This document shows positions 31,080 through 43,350 of a DNA stretch of 64,000 bases, piece by piece; within the stretch, counting starts at the first letter, position 1, and each line of letters starts with the position of its first letter. Position numbers and translations under genes: made by a program. The stretch is from the human T2T-CHM13v2.0 reference genome, Homo sapiens. The DNA lies in the NCBI RefSeq assembly GCF_009914755.1, contig NC_060947.1; one strand, written 5' to 3'. The notes under the pieces are model-generated. The model saw only the letters and a list, made by a program, of their open reading frames with translations, searched no databases and was not told the DNA's origin.

Positions 31080-31175
31080 AAGAAGTTCTCCCAAACAATA
31101 AGTAAGGCACCAGGTTGGGATGACTTTCCAGTTACTAAATCCACGAATTGTCAGTACTATTAAGTCTCCTTTATT
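31080..31175 (-). pseudogene. Candidate exon remnant (96 nt, open in phase 0)
   Basis: catctatccatAG | NKGDLIVLTIRGFSNWKVIPTWCLTYCLGELL | GTAAGA. Confidence 0.5.
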
Positions 31176-31988
31176 CTATGGATAGATGTTGAGTTCCAAA
31201 GAGTAGACAAAAAGCAGTAAAAAAATTCCTAACAACTTAGTGATTGGGTGCAATAAAGTTTCACGACTCATCCAAGTCCAATTATCTTCTATGCTTCTAA
31301 TTGGGAGCCCAAGTTTCTTCCAACTAGTGTGTTCACCATCCCCTAGGGCGCAAGAGCCTTCCAGTGAATCATCTGCTTTTCTTTTCCACAGAGAAGAAAG
31401 AAACAGAACCCACCTAAAGGATTGTAAAAGAGGCTTTAGAGGTTAGGCCTGCAAATATTTCTTCTGCCTATATTCTGCTGGCTAAGACTAACCACATGTC
31501 TTCATCTAATTGCAGGAGTGCTCAGGAAATGTGGCTCAGCTGTTTATCCAAAAGGAAAAGAACATAAATTTGCTGAGCACACAACAGTTTCCCTGTCACA
31601 GATAGGTTATTATTCTATAAGAACAAGATTCAGATTTAGGATAAAGCTCTCTGCATATAGAAGCTACTGAATGGTAAATTGATAAAGTTAATCTTTAATA
31701 TTTTATTTCTAGAACAACAGGCTCTAGAAGAGCTACAATTACTGGCCAGAATTTTGGGGTAATGTGTTTAGGGCACAAAGAAAGAGCTTTTTCTTGATTT
31801 TTCTTCTGTTCTAATGAGAAATCATTTTCATTTAAAATAGCTAGAGTGCCTGCAAGCTAGAATTTAGAGGGATAGACACATCTGGAGTGATTTCCCCAGC
31901 TTTCTGGATAGGGATTTCAACCAAGAGAAAAAAGTGTCACTGTCATAATGTAAAACAAGTCCCAATGCCACCTAATGACTATACTAAC

Positions 31989-32180
31989 TGTTCCTCTCGC
32001 CATCCACCTAATTGGCGTCAATAGATATTTCCATGATATTTTACACGCCTCAAAGTCAGGGACTCAAAAGTTTTTGTTGGTTTTTAAAAATTGAGTGTAG
32101 TAGCCATAACGTGAAAGGTTTCAATGGAAACTACTTTCCTACTGACGTTAATCAAAGTAGCTCATTTTGCATTATTTAAA
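31989..32180 (-). pseudogene. Candidate exon remnant (192 nt, phase 2-2)
   Basis: gctatgtAG | LNNAK*ATLINVSRKVVSIETFHVMATTLNF*KPTKTFESLTLRRVKYHGNIY*RQLGGWREE | GTTAGT. Confidence 0.4.
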
Positions 32181-32303
32181 CTACATAGCTAATTGTTATA
32201 TTAGTTTCATTCAAATATGAATTTTAAAAGTCACTTATTTTTAGCATTTTATAACTTGTTTGAACACCACAACCTAATATATGATTAAGACTCTTAAATA
32301 TAC

Positions 32304-32508
32304 TTGAGATTTCTCAGTTTCCAACTATGTCCCTCATTAAGCATTATTCGAAAAATTACTTTTCAAAATAGCTCTTTTTGATGCCTCATGAATCATTGAA
32401 CTCTCTCTGCAGTCAATCAAATGCCCTCCTGCTTCAGTCAAAGCAGTGACTGGTAATGGTTCTAATAGTGACAGTTCCACCAACTCCCTCCTACATCTCT
32501 TCTCTACT
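32304..32508 (-). pseudogene. Candidate exon remnant (205 nt, one inferred frameshift)
   Basis: tttattttcaatttgactgtttAG | VEKRCRRELVELSLLEPLPVTALTEAGGHLIDCRESSMIHEASKRAILK / VIFRIMLNEGHSWKLRNL | GTATAT. Confidence 0.45.
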
Positions 32509-32842
32509 CTAAACAGTCAAATTGAAAATAAAGCACGTTCTGCACACCAACTTCTCTGGTTAGCAGAGACTATTTTATTCTGATTTTTAAAAACTGTAAG
32601 TGAAGCATGCAGTAAACATGAGCTTATACTTTGAAAATGAAATGCACAATTTTGTGATGTCAGTCAGATGAAAATTCTGTTTCATATCAACAAATGGAAA
32701 CCACAGCAATTGTCAAAACATCTTAACAGTTTAGGGAGCAGAAAGTCAACTGAGAGTATCCAACTGAGAGAAGTGTCCACCCTAAAACAAAGATGAACAT
32801 TTCTACATTTGTATTTTGTATGTTTGACTAAGAGAGACTTAC

Positions 32843-32898
32843 TTTTGAAAAATTCAGAAATAAAATGCCCAAAAGAAAAACCCAGTTTGCACATAAAT
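32843..32898 (-). pseudogene. Candidate exon remnant (56 nt, phase 0-2)
   Basis: cttcatttgtAG | ... AAAA | GTAAGT (consensus donor). Confidence 0.45.
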
Positions 32899-33933
32899 CT
32901 ACAAATGAAGTCCCAATATTGAATAAGTGAGAAAATAAAATCGGCTTAAGTTTCATGAATCAACACCAAAGACCAGTCAGAAAGGAACATGAGTAGTGCT
33001 GATTCTATCAATAGAAAAGAACGTAAAGCATAGGAAGAACCTCAGCAAGAGCCTGATATCACCACTTTCCCCTGCTGAAATTGAGATTTCCAATAATAAG
33101 TTACAATATTGGTCCTGTGTTTGAACTGGGGTGGTAGGGAGAGTAAGGCATATCCACTGGGCTTCCAACTGGAAACAGATGTCACATTAAAATTAGGATA
33201 GTTCAAGAAGGGATTATTTACAAAGGGACTAATTACAAAGGTATGGATGGGACATATGAGCATTACCAAGAATTATGCTGGAACCAAAGGTAGCAGCAAC
33301 GGCTTTATCAGCAGCCCTTGGTCTGAAGGGACAAAGGTGGAAAATCCCTGCTGGAAACTGCTAAAGCAATACACTTTGTGAGTACCTGTCATCTTATGTG
33401 GAGGAACACAGGCAAGACGTGACTTCACAGAGAAGGAGGAACACTGACTTGCATTCATTCCTTCATCCAGTCTCTTAAGGGGTTCCCTCATTGGTTGAGC
33501 CCAACTAAAAGCCAGAAGGCTTGTGTGCGTTATTTGATGGTATAAGCCACATATGTTAGACTCCGTGGGCAGAGAGCAAAGAGGAAAAAATGGACAATCT
33601 AGAGGAAGGAGCAAACAGACCATATCTAGCACTTCAGGTACAGAGACATAGCTTGCAAAAATCATTAGATATACGTGTGAGTGAAAAGCCAGAGGGAGTT
33701 CATCTCTTTGGGGGTGATGGAAATGCTCTAAAAATGAATTATAGTGATGATTACTCAACTCTAAACTCACTTGCACCCTTAAAATGAGTGAATTTTATAA
33801 TATGCAAATTATACTCCAGGAAAGCTGTTTATTTTAAAAAATAAATAACTAAAAAAAAAATCTTGTAGGGGAATAAGATTATTTAAGAAATACATGTAAA
33901 GTAAGAAGGAAAATACAGATTGAAAGGTTAGTT

Positions 33934-33934
33934 A

Positions 33935-33966
<32 letters not shown>

Positions 33967-34253
33967 TTTTTGAGACAGAGTCCTGCTTGGTTGCCTTGGC
34001 TGGAATGCAGTGGCTTGATCTCAGCTCACTGCAAACCCTGCCTCTCCGGTTCAAGTGACTCTTGTGCCTCAGCCTCCCGAGTAGCTGGGACTACAGGCGT
34101 GCATCACTATGCCCGGCTAATTTTTGTATTTTTTAGTAGAAATGGGGTTTCACCATGCTGGCCAGAGTGGTCTCGAACTCCAACCTCAAGTGATCCACCT
34201 GCCTCGGCCTCCCAAAGTGCTTGGAAAACAGGCATGAGCCACCGTGCCCTGCC
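33934..34253 (-). mobile_element. Alu (S/J); TSD AAAGGTTAGTT
   Basis: Antisense dimeric Alu with matching flanks. Confidence 0.95.
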
Positions 34254-34279
34254 TAAAAGGTTAGTTTTAAAGAGGAAAA

Positions 34280-35954
34280 GACACTATACCACCACATACA
34301 GAAGTCAACTCAGAATGAATTAAAAACTTAAATGCAGAACCTGAAACTGTAAAAGGACCAGAAAAAAAATACAAGGGAAAAGCACCACAACATTGGTGTG
34401 GGCGATTTTTTTTTTTTATTTGACCGTGAAAGTATAGACAACAAAAGCAAAAATAGACAAATGGGATTTCATCAAACTAAAATGTCTCTGCACAACAAAG
34501 GAAACAGAGTGAAGAGACAGTCCGTGGAGTAGGAGAAGATGTTTGCAAGCCATACATCTGATAAGTGATCAATATCCAAAATATATAAGGAATTCAAACA
34601 ACTCAATAGCAAGAGAACAAATAAACTGATTTTAAAATGGGCAAAGAAACTGAAAAGACATTTCTCAAAAGAAGACATACAAATGGCCAACAGATATATG
34701 AAAAAACACTCAACATCACTAATTGTCAGGAAAATGTAAATTAGAACCATAGCGAGATATCATCTTAAACCTATTAGAATGGCTATTATTAAAAAGTCAA
34801 AACATAACGGTGCTGGCAAGGATGCAGAGAAAAGGGAAGGCTTATACACTGTTGACGGGAACGTAAATTAGTTAATTTCCTATGAAAAACAGTATGGAGG
34901 TTTCTCAAAATACTAAAAGTAGAATTACCATATGATCCAGCAATCCCACTACTGTATATATATCCAAAGGAATTGAAATTATATCAAAGAGGTATCTGCA
35001 CTCCCATGTTCATTGTAGCATTATTTATGATATCCAAGATAGGGAAACTACATAGGTGCCCATCAATAAACTAATGGATTTTTAAATTGTGATATATATA
35101 CACAATAGAATACTAATCAGCCTTTTAAAAAGAAGGAAATTCTGTCATTTACCACAACATGGATGCACCTGGGGGACATTATGCTAAGGGAAATGAGCCA
35201 GACACACAAAGACAAATAGCACATAACCCTATTCGTATGTAGAATCTAAAATAATTGAACTCATATAAGCAGAGAGTAGAATGGTGGTTACCAGAGGCTG
35301 GGCCTGCAGAGTGAAAAATGGCAAGATGTTGATCAAAGGGTCCAAAGTTTCAGTTAGTGAGCAGGATTAAGTTTTAGAACTCGATTGTACAGAATGGTGA
35401 CTATAGTTAATAGTTTATTGTATATTTCAAAATTGCTAACAGAGTAGGATTTTTGTCATCATCACAGAAAATTGGAAGTATTTGGCTCAGATACAGTGAC
35501 TCATGCCTTTAATCCTAATGCTTTGGGCTGATGAGCAATCGTTTGAGGATTATTCAATCGTTTCAGGCCAGGAGTTTGAGATCCATTTGTGCAGCATAGC
35601 TACACCCCTTTTATACAAAAAAAAAAAATTAAAAATAAGCCAGGCATGGTGGCATACACCTGTAGTCCTAGCTACTCTGGAGGCTAAAGCAGGAGGATTG
35701 CTTTAGCCCAGGAGTTTGAGGTTGTAGTGAGTTATGATCCCACCACTGCACTCTGGCTTAGGAAATAGAGCGAGACTCTCTCAGAAAAAAAAAAAAAAAC
35801 AAACAAACTGTAAGTATTTGAGGTGATGGATATGTTAATTAGCTTGATCTAGTAATTATGCAATGCATACATATAGCAAAAGATTACATTGTATCACATA
35901 AATATAAACACAGTTGTTATTTGTCAATTAAAACTAAATAAAAATAAATAAAAA
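34280..35954 (+). mobile_element. L1MA 3' fragment, interrupted by an AluJ
   Basis: ORF2 3' end and L1MA 3'UTR 'gaggtgatggatatgttaattagcttgat...gtcaattaaaactaaataaaaa'. Confidence 0.9.
35484..35805 (+). mobile_element. Diverged AluJ
   Basis: 'gcaggaggattgctttagcccaggagtttgaggttgtagtgagttatgat'; flanks aaattggaagtattt / aaactgtaagtattt. Confidence 0.88.
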
Positions 35955-35967
35955 GCAGTCAATCCAC

Positions 35968-36063
35968 CTCATCTTCTGAGATTGGAGAAACAAGATGTTT
36001 TGGGAGTATGAGTAGGGATACCTTTGTAGGTGTTTCTGTTTGAAAGTTGAGAAAGTTTTTATT
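35968..36063 (-). pseudogene. 3' half of candidate host exon split by the AP2B1 retrocopy
   Basis: Open frame NKNFLNFQTETPTKVSLLILPKHLVSPISEDE then GTGGAT (weak donor); in frame with 39392-39435 once the retrocopy and one TSD copy are removed. Confidence 0.4.
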
Positions 36064-39000
36064 ATTTTTTTCAATGACACTTTTTCTTGCTTTAATATTG
36101 GTTGTCTTTTTCTGCTTTTGAAATGAGCTCTCAATTACAAACTACCAAACTATACTCAAAAGAGGGTGTAGAAAAAGCCAGCCATTGGCACAGCATGGAG
36201 AAGCCCACAAATAAGGACAGATAGCAGCAGCAGGTGGTGAGAGGTGGGAGGTGACTGAAGCAGTGGTTACAAATGTTCAAAGGAAGCTAAAACTATCCAA
36301 CAGGTTGTGCCTTAATGTTAGCACAGGTTAGACTAGTTACTACCTTGCTGGGTGGCCTCAGTGTGTTTGGGTTCAGACTCTACACAGCAATACAATTTCT
36401 TCCAGTTAAGGGTTCTTGGCTTGCACCGATCACAGCATGATTGGAGGGTACTGGACCAGTCTTGTTAGTTTTTCAAAATGCTGTTGTGGACCTGATAGAT
36501 GTATTGAGAGACTTCAGGAGCTCTACACTTCCGTGACAGTGTATAATTGGGGTTTCCTGGCTGCATACGTAGCTCGGCCAAAATCCAAATGCCATTAGTG
36601 AGCTTCAGGGATTGGTACAGAATGTCCTGCCCTTCCACATTCCTCTTGGCAATGGTATAAACATTGTTTTGCAACTCGCTGGAGACAGTGTCAGCATTTA
36701 AATGACATTCCTTAATCTGAAACTGAAGTTCATTTTCATTGGGAATATTCTTCCATGTTGCAAGGACGACCTGGTGCTCCATTTTGCTGTCTTCTACAAA
36801 AAGCACATTGAGTGGGCTGAGGCAGCTGAAGTAGAAGACATCGATACTGTTTTTCACAGCCACCTGCAGGTTATTCAGAGGTTCCATCTTCATGACTGGG
36901 CCCAAGGTGTTGAGAGGCAGGGAGACATCAATGCTCTGGTTTGGCATCAGTGGTGTATGGATGGCCAGAGGAGTGCTGGGGATGACACCAGTTAAACTGG
37001 ATTCCAAAATCCATCCTATGCTGCAGAGCTTTATTGGTGAAGTTCATTTCCATATAGATGTGCCCTTGACGGTGAGTAAATGTTCCTGAAATCTCCAAGC
37101 CTTTAGCCTTTACTGCAGGTAGCCAGACAGCCTTAGGAGCCACGTACCCACCGGGTGCCATGCCTATCCCTGTGGAGAGTTCAAACAGGTCATTCAGTCC
37201 ACTTCTGACCACAGCAGGTGTAGGTGAAGGAGCAAAGGTTGCAGGCACCGATGATGGGATGAAGGATTGTCCCACCAGACTATCTAGTCCTCCTCCTAGG
37301 AGATCCACTGCTCCCATCTGCATGGAGGACACCTGTGGCACATTGACTGGGAGACTGAGGTCAAGGTTTAAAAGACTCCCCAGAAGATCACCTTGACGGG
37401 GGATAACCTGAGGCTGTTCCAGGTTCGTTGCGGTGGTGGTGCCAACAGGGCTGTCACCTGTGTCAGTGCTCCCATGATGAATTGGCAAGTGTTTACGATG
37501 GATTCCATGACTTCCTTCCACAAAAGCACTGGAAGGCTTACGATACACAGAGGCCAAAGAACCAATGTGGCAGATTAGCTCCTCCAACGCAGTTGGCTCA
37601 ATAGGTTCCGTCTCCTGAGAGATCAGTGGCTTCTCAGACAAGACTACTTCTTTAGCCATGACAGGGTCAGCTGAGAGAGGAGCCCAATAAGTATAGCCCC
37701 GTTCTCGAAGGTCAGGATTATCAGAATCCTGTGTTGCCAAAGTCAACATCTGCTGGACTAGCTCTTGTGTTTTGGTGGTTTCTTGAGAAACAGCTTCATT
37801 ATGGCAGTAAGCAGAGTGAGCTGCACCTGGGTGTTTTCATCATGAAAACCCTCCAGGAAGCTTTCTAGTAACTCATCTGCATTGTCAATTCTTTCAGCTT
37901 ATTCTCCCACAATCCAAATCATAGCCGATCGAGCATCTGGCTCATCCAGCGAGTCTAAGTTCTCACATAGAGTGGCAATGATACTTTCATACTTGTTGGA
38001 GTATTTGCGGAAGATGTCCCTGATGACAACAATCACTTCTTGGACCACATAATTCACTTTGGTCTTGATTAGATCAAGCAATGTGCTTACACAGTGCTCT
38101 GCAGATTGCTCCACCTTGATGGCACACCGTCCAGTGGCCCACACAGCTTTTCGAACAAAGTCAACATTCACCTCTGTGGCATATTCCTTCAGTTCTGCCA
38201 GAACCTGAGCAATGTTGGCTTGTGATGCCAAATGAATCCTGATGTCCAACTTCTCTAGTTTAACATAGATGGGATCATTGTACTTCACAAAGAAGACTTT
38301 GATTTCCTGCTTCAAGATTTCAGGCCTTTTCTGGACAATTAAGTTGATGTTCCTCAGGGAGACATAGTGCACTTCTGACTCCCCAGACATCAAAGTGACA
38401 AGTGGAGGGGCTAACTTCTTCAGCAGCATATTGTAGTAGTCAGAATCCTTAGGTAACAATTCTAGAAACTTCATTAGTACTTTTACCGCTGAAAGCACCA
38501 CTGCTGAGTTGGCATGGGATAGCTGGGGAGTTACCCGCTCACAGATGCTCTGAGCCTTCCGATCATTTTTAGGGTTGTAATTAGACAGGCAGTCCAGCAT
38601 GAAAATCTGGCCCCTTCAGTGCACTTATTCAGGGCTGTCCGCAGCTTATTAATGTACTGTGTGTTCAGATTGAGTAAGTTGCTGTTTGGGTGAGACTCAC
38701 TGATTTCAGATAATGCTGCTACAGCATTAGCCACCACCATTGGATTTGAATCTGCTATGAGACCCCATAGAGAATCCAAAAATCCCTGATCTTCCACCAT
38801 TTGGGCGTTGATGTCATGGAGTTTTGCCACGCATACTGCTGCTGTTTTCCGAACATAGGGATCCTCATCCTCTAAGCACTTGAGGAGGGGCTCAGAGAGA
38901 TATTCTGTAATTTTGTCTACCCAGATGCACCCCATGGTTCTGACTGCCAAGGCTCGAATCAAAAGATTAGGATCTTCACAGTCCTTCACAAAGCTATTTA

Positions 39001-39391
39001 CAGCTATGATGGCCATGTCTGGCTGACTGTTGGCATAGTTCATCAAGTAGAGATACACAAGCTTCTTTAGTTTCAGATTGTCAGTCTGCATACAGTTCAC
39101 TATGTCTGGAAAGACAGAACTAACATCCTTCCCCACGGTAATAACAGCAATCACTTTCTTCACAGCCTCCTTTCTCTTTTCTTTCTTTTCATTGCTGAGT
39201 TCAGCTTTTAGTTCAAATATTTCTGCTTTTTTATTGGTTGTGAAATACTTGGAGTCAGTCATGACTTTGGATCTTTAATGTGCACCGCAGGCGGAGGCGG
39301 AGGGGGAGGCGAAGGTGGGGGCGGGGTGGTGGCAGCGGCAGCCGGAGAGCATAGCCCAGGTGGTGGTGTAATGGTTCGCATGTGGTTGCCT
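36064..39391 (-). pseudogene. AP2B1: Processed pseudogene of AP-2 complex subunit beta (beta2-adaptin); CDS remnant 39262-36465
   Basis: Intronless; [12 protein letters not shown]...SILKN matches AP2B1; frameshifts near 38614, 37772 and 36992; TAA at 37899-37901; GC-rich 5'UTR; ATTAAA then A-tail about 36064-36071; TSD AATAAAA(A/T)CT at 36054-36063 and 39392-39401. The symbol refers to the parent gene. Confidence 0.97.
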
Positions 39392-39435
39392 AGATTTTAT
39401 TGATGAGGTAAGAACAGAAGTGCTCCAACAGCAAT
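39392..39435 (-). pseudogene. 5' half of candidate host exon split by the AP2B1 retrocopy
   Basis: tatacacAG | A TTG CTG TTG GAG CAC TTC (LLLEHFCSYLINK); phase matches exon 41341-41490; weak pyrimidine tract. Confidence 0.4.
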
Positions 39436-39507
39436 CTGTGTATATATCGATAATTGCATTGGGCACAGCACATTGAAATAATTTATGAAAATATCTCACT
39501 CCCTAAA

Positions 39508-39992
39508 CCACAGGTTTTTGAATGTGATTCAAAGACCCTAGGAGTCCCTAAAATAATTTTAGAAGGTTTACAAGATCCTCCCTTTTCAACAATGTACCTG
39601 TGTGAGACTTAAATGTTTTCATATATGTCAATCAAATAACATATCACAACAGATTGAATGAAGTAGTTATGACAATCCACTTCCTATTTTTATTAAGATA
39701 GATATTAAATAAATTTTCAAAGAGGTAAAATAGTTCTACTCTTCTCATCTGTTTTTATAAAAATATCACAATTTTTAAGAAAATATATGTTAACAATGTC
39801 AATATGTAGTGGGCTTATTATTGACATGTAAAATAAATCAACAAATTAGCATTGTAAAAATTTCTCAGTTTTAACTTTGAATGTGGCAAATATTAATAGA
39901 TACAATGCAGATAAACAAAAATAATTTTGGAATTCTCAATAATTTCTAAGAGTGTAAAGGATTCTTAAGACCAAAATGTTTGATCACCACTA
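39508..39992. mobile_element. Charlie1-like hAT DNA transposon relic
   Basis: Terminal motif 'taagaccaaaatgtttgatcaccact' and internal 'aacatatcacaacagattgaatgaagtagttatgacaatcca'. Confidence 0.65.
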
Positions 39993-40479
39993 ATCATAGG
40001 ATTGCTGAGGGTTGGGCCATCACATTTGTCTTTGTATCTTCAGGGTCTAACACATTGACTGACATATAGTAAGTGCTAAGCACACATTGAATTCAACAGA
40101 ACTGAAATACCGTGAGTAAGGGATAGAGAGTTTGCACTGAGTTGCACATACTTGCTGAGAATAATGTGAATGGGAGCTGATCAAGGGTGAGCAAAAGGAC
40201 TGTCAGCAGACTTTGAAGACACTGATGAAGTTGGAGACCATGAATTTATAGACGTATCGGTCTTCAGGATTGTAAGATTTTATTCAACAGTAATAAGCTG
40301 TGTACATGCAGGAATAAGGGATGTCACAAAGAAAAAAGTCAAAGGTTATGTTTTCTTATTAATCTACTTTTTTCATAGGCTTAGGACAGAGCAAAGGGTA
40401 AATATACATATTATCTAAATATACACAATTCTTGTCAAGAGCGTGCCCTTTATTCAATGTTTATTTCTGAAGTCAGTGT

Positions 40480-41186
40480 GTATTTTTTCATATTTTTATA
40501 TTGATATATCAAAGATATATATATTCTTGGGGTTTGTGATATTTGGTGCCTGTATAAATGTGTAATATCAGTCAGGGTAATTGGGATATCCATCACCTCA
40601 AACATTTATCTTTTCTCTGTGTTGGAAACATTACAATTCTTGTCTTCCAGCTATTTTGAAATATACAATACATTATTGTTAACTATAAGTTTCCTATGGT
40701 ACTGTTGAATATCAGAACTTATTCTTTCTGTCTAACTGTATTTTTGTACCCATTAACCAACTTCACTTCATTTCCTCCTGCCCCTTTCTCTTTCCAGCTT
40801 CTGGTAACCATCATTCTACTCTCTATCTCTATGAGGTCCCCTTTTTAGGTCTTAATAGTGAGAGCGTGCAATATTTGGCTTTCTAGGCCTGACTTATTTT
40901 ACTGACCATAACGACCTCCAGTTCCATCCATGTTGTTGCTAATGACAGGATTTCCTTCTTTCTAAAGGCTGAATAATATTTTATTGTGTATATAACACAA
41001 TTTGCTTATCTATTTATCCATTTATGGAAACAGGTTGATTCCATGTCTTGGTGATTATGAATAATGCTGCAATAAAAATGGGAGTGCAAATATATTTTTA
41101 ATACACTGATTTTCTTTCTTTAAGATACGTACTCAGCAGCAGAATTGTTTGATCATATGGTAGTTCTGTTTATAGTTTTATGAGGC
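40480..41186 (-). mobile_element. L1MA 3' end
   Basis: Antisense 3'UTR 'cagggtaattgggatatccatcacctcaaacatttatc' and 'gacctccagttccatccatgttgttgc'. Confidence 0.88.
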
Positions 41187-41340
41187 AAAGTGTGTATTTT
41201 TTATGAGAATTCTCCAAATGCCTCTTGCCATTGCCCCATCTCTCTCCTTTTTCCCTATAAACAAATGTAAAGAAAGCTAAACGAAAGAGAGAAAAGCTTC
41301 TACACTGGTTCACTAATCTAGGACATATCGTAACCCTTAC

Positions 41341-41490
41341 TGAATGATGGTCATTTCATTTAGGCGACTGATAAACTTTTGCACTTTTTCAGGATAATGT
41401 TCTGAGTTATCCTCACAATTTAAAATTTATTAATAGTTTTTCTGAGTAGAAATGTTTGTTTTAATTTCTAGCTCTCAGTCTTTACTATCT
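41341..41490 (-). pseudogene. Candidate exon remnant (150 nt, phase 2-2)
   Basis: ttaattttacccacAG | DSKD*ELEIKTNISTQKNY**ILNCEDNSEHYPEKVQKFISRLNEMTII | GTAAGG. Confidence 0.55.
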
Positions 41491-41794
41491 CTGTGGGTAA
41501 AATTAATTCAAGCTAAAATTGGGAATATTCTCTTGGATCAGCAAGGGTTTTTAAAAATGGAAACAATCGCTTTTATTTTGAAAATTGGATTTTTAATGAA
41601 GGGGTTAGAGATAAGGTTTTTATAGATGGAGACATTGTTTATTATTAATGTATTGAAAAATCCAGTCTGAGTGCTGGAGCCTAATCTTAGCTTTTAATTT
41701 AGATTTAATTTGTATTAAAATAGCAAATAGATGAGAAAACCATATTAATATAATGAAATAATTTGATCCAATATAATTTGATAATGTTTCTTAC

Positions 41795-41959
41795 ATTTCC
41801 TCAACTTTGTGATATCGCACTTGACAAAAGTCCTTTATAATAATTTTGGCGATCTCATTTCACTGGATGAAAACATTTATATTCTGTACAATGCTTTTCT
41901 CAAGAGTTTTAGGATTTTTGTATTAATCATTTCTTTTTAATTTTTCATAGCGTTTCTTT
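41795..41959 (-). pseudogene. Candidate exon remnant (165 nt, phase 2-2, acceptor reads AA)
   Basis: ttattacttttactattAA | KKRYEKLKRND*YKNPKTLEKSIVQNINVFIQ*NEIAKIIIKDFCQVRYHKVEE | GTAAGA. Confidence 0.5.
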
Positions 41960-41999
41960 TTAATAGTAAAAGTAATAAATATTTACTGACTCAGATTGT

Positions 42000-42490
42000 A
42001 CAGTGTGATTTGGCACACATTAACATCTCTGACCTCATCCTCTACTACTCTAATCCTCACTCAATTTGTTACAGCCACATAGGCCTCCCAACTATCCATT
42101 GACCATGTTAGGTACACATCCAACTCAGACATCTTTTAGTTGCCTGGAATGCTGTTGCCCAAGAAATCTTCATGGCTTTTCTGCACATCTTCTCTTGTAT
42201 TTTTGAATTACTGCCTTCCCAAGTAAGTCTTTTCTGTCCAACATTTTTAAAATAGCAACACCACTCTCCATTCTCCTTCCCACATTTATTTTTTTCCTTA
42301 GCACTTATTATCTTATGAAATAATATGCATGGTATTCATATGTCTAAGTAAATGTGGGCTTGAAATTATCTATTTATGTCACAGCTGTATTTCCAAAATC
42401 TAGAAAATGTTTTTCTGTGTTCCAGAAAAACATATTTCCAGTGCCTAAAACATAATAGTTGCTCAAAATACATTAGTTGAATAAATACAT
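42000..42490 (+). mobile_element. L2 3' fragment
   Basis: 'ttccagtgcctaaaacataatagttgctcaaaatacattagttgaataaat' L2 3' terminus. Confidence 0.75.
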
Positions 42491-42831
42491 GATTATAGAA
42501 AATATAGGGGACATGCAGAAGAGCAAAGAGGAAAAAAAGAAGACATTCATTATCCCACAACCTGGAAATACTCATTGTTACCATTTTGGTGCATTCTTAT
42601 GAACATATAAATACACACAAACAAATATACATATGCCTATAGTAGTAGAGGTGGTGGTGGCAATAAATTTAATAATAAGAGTAATAGTAGTGTTAATATT
42701 TGTTGGCAGTGTTATCATAACATATTATATCATTTGTTAACCATGTTTTCTCACTTAAAATATTTATCATGACTTTCAATAAAATAGGGGCTTTATGCAG
42801 GTCACCAATCATCCATCTAGACATTGACTCC

Positions 42832-43350
42832 ATTAGTTATTTATTTTTATGTAACAAATTACCTTATAAATTAGTTATTTAAAACAACAGATATTGATTA
42901 TGTCACAGTTTCTGTGGTTAAGGAAGTTTCAAACAGCTTAGCTGAGTGGTGATGGCTCAATGTCTCCCCAGAAGTTGCAGTCAAGATACGGACCAGGCTG
43001 TTTTCACCTAAAGGCTGATGAAGGCTACAGATTATACTTTCCAAGGTGATTTATTCTACCTTGGCAAATTAGTGCTGGTCATTGGAATAAGGCTTCATTT
43101 CTTGCCTCTCCATGAAGCTGCTTGAGTGTTCTCACATGTCAGCTATTCTCTCCCTCAAGAGAGGGAAAGGAGGAAGCCACAATACCTTTTATGACCTAGT
43201 CTCAGAAGTTGTATGTTATCACTTCTACTTAATTCTATTTGTTAGAAGTGGGTCACTAAATGCAGCCCACAATCAAGGAAAGGGAAATTACTTTTTTGAA
43301 GGAAATTATATCAAAAAATGTGTAAACATCCGTTTTAAACCACCACACCA
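42832..43350 (-). mobile_element. MLT1 LTR (MLT1F/G-like)
   Basis: 'gtaacaaattacc...aaacaacaga...tcacagtttctgtggttaaggaa' and 'ttttaaaccaccaca' terminus. Confidence 0.75.

Noticed and set aside
33273-33776. 167-aa minus-strand ORF
   Set aside because: Spans an old LTR-like relic and an L1ME 3' end; no protein-like signal
36465-39262. Functional AP2B1/AP1B1 retrogene
   Set aside because: Three frameshifts and a nonsense codon; termini, hinge and UTR match AP2B1 rather than AP1B1
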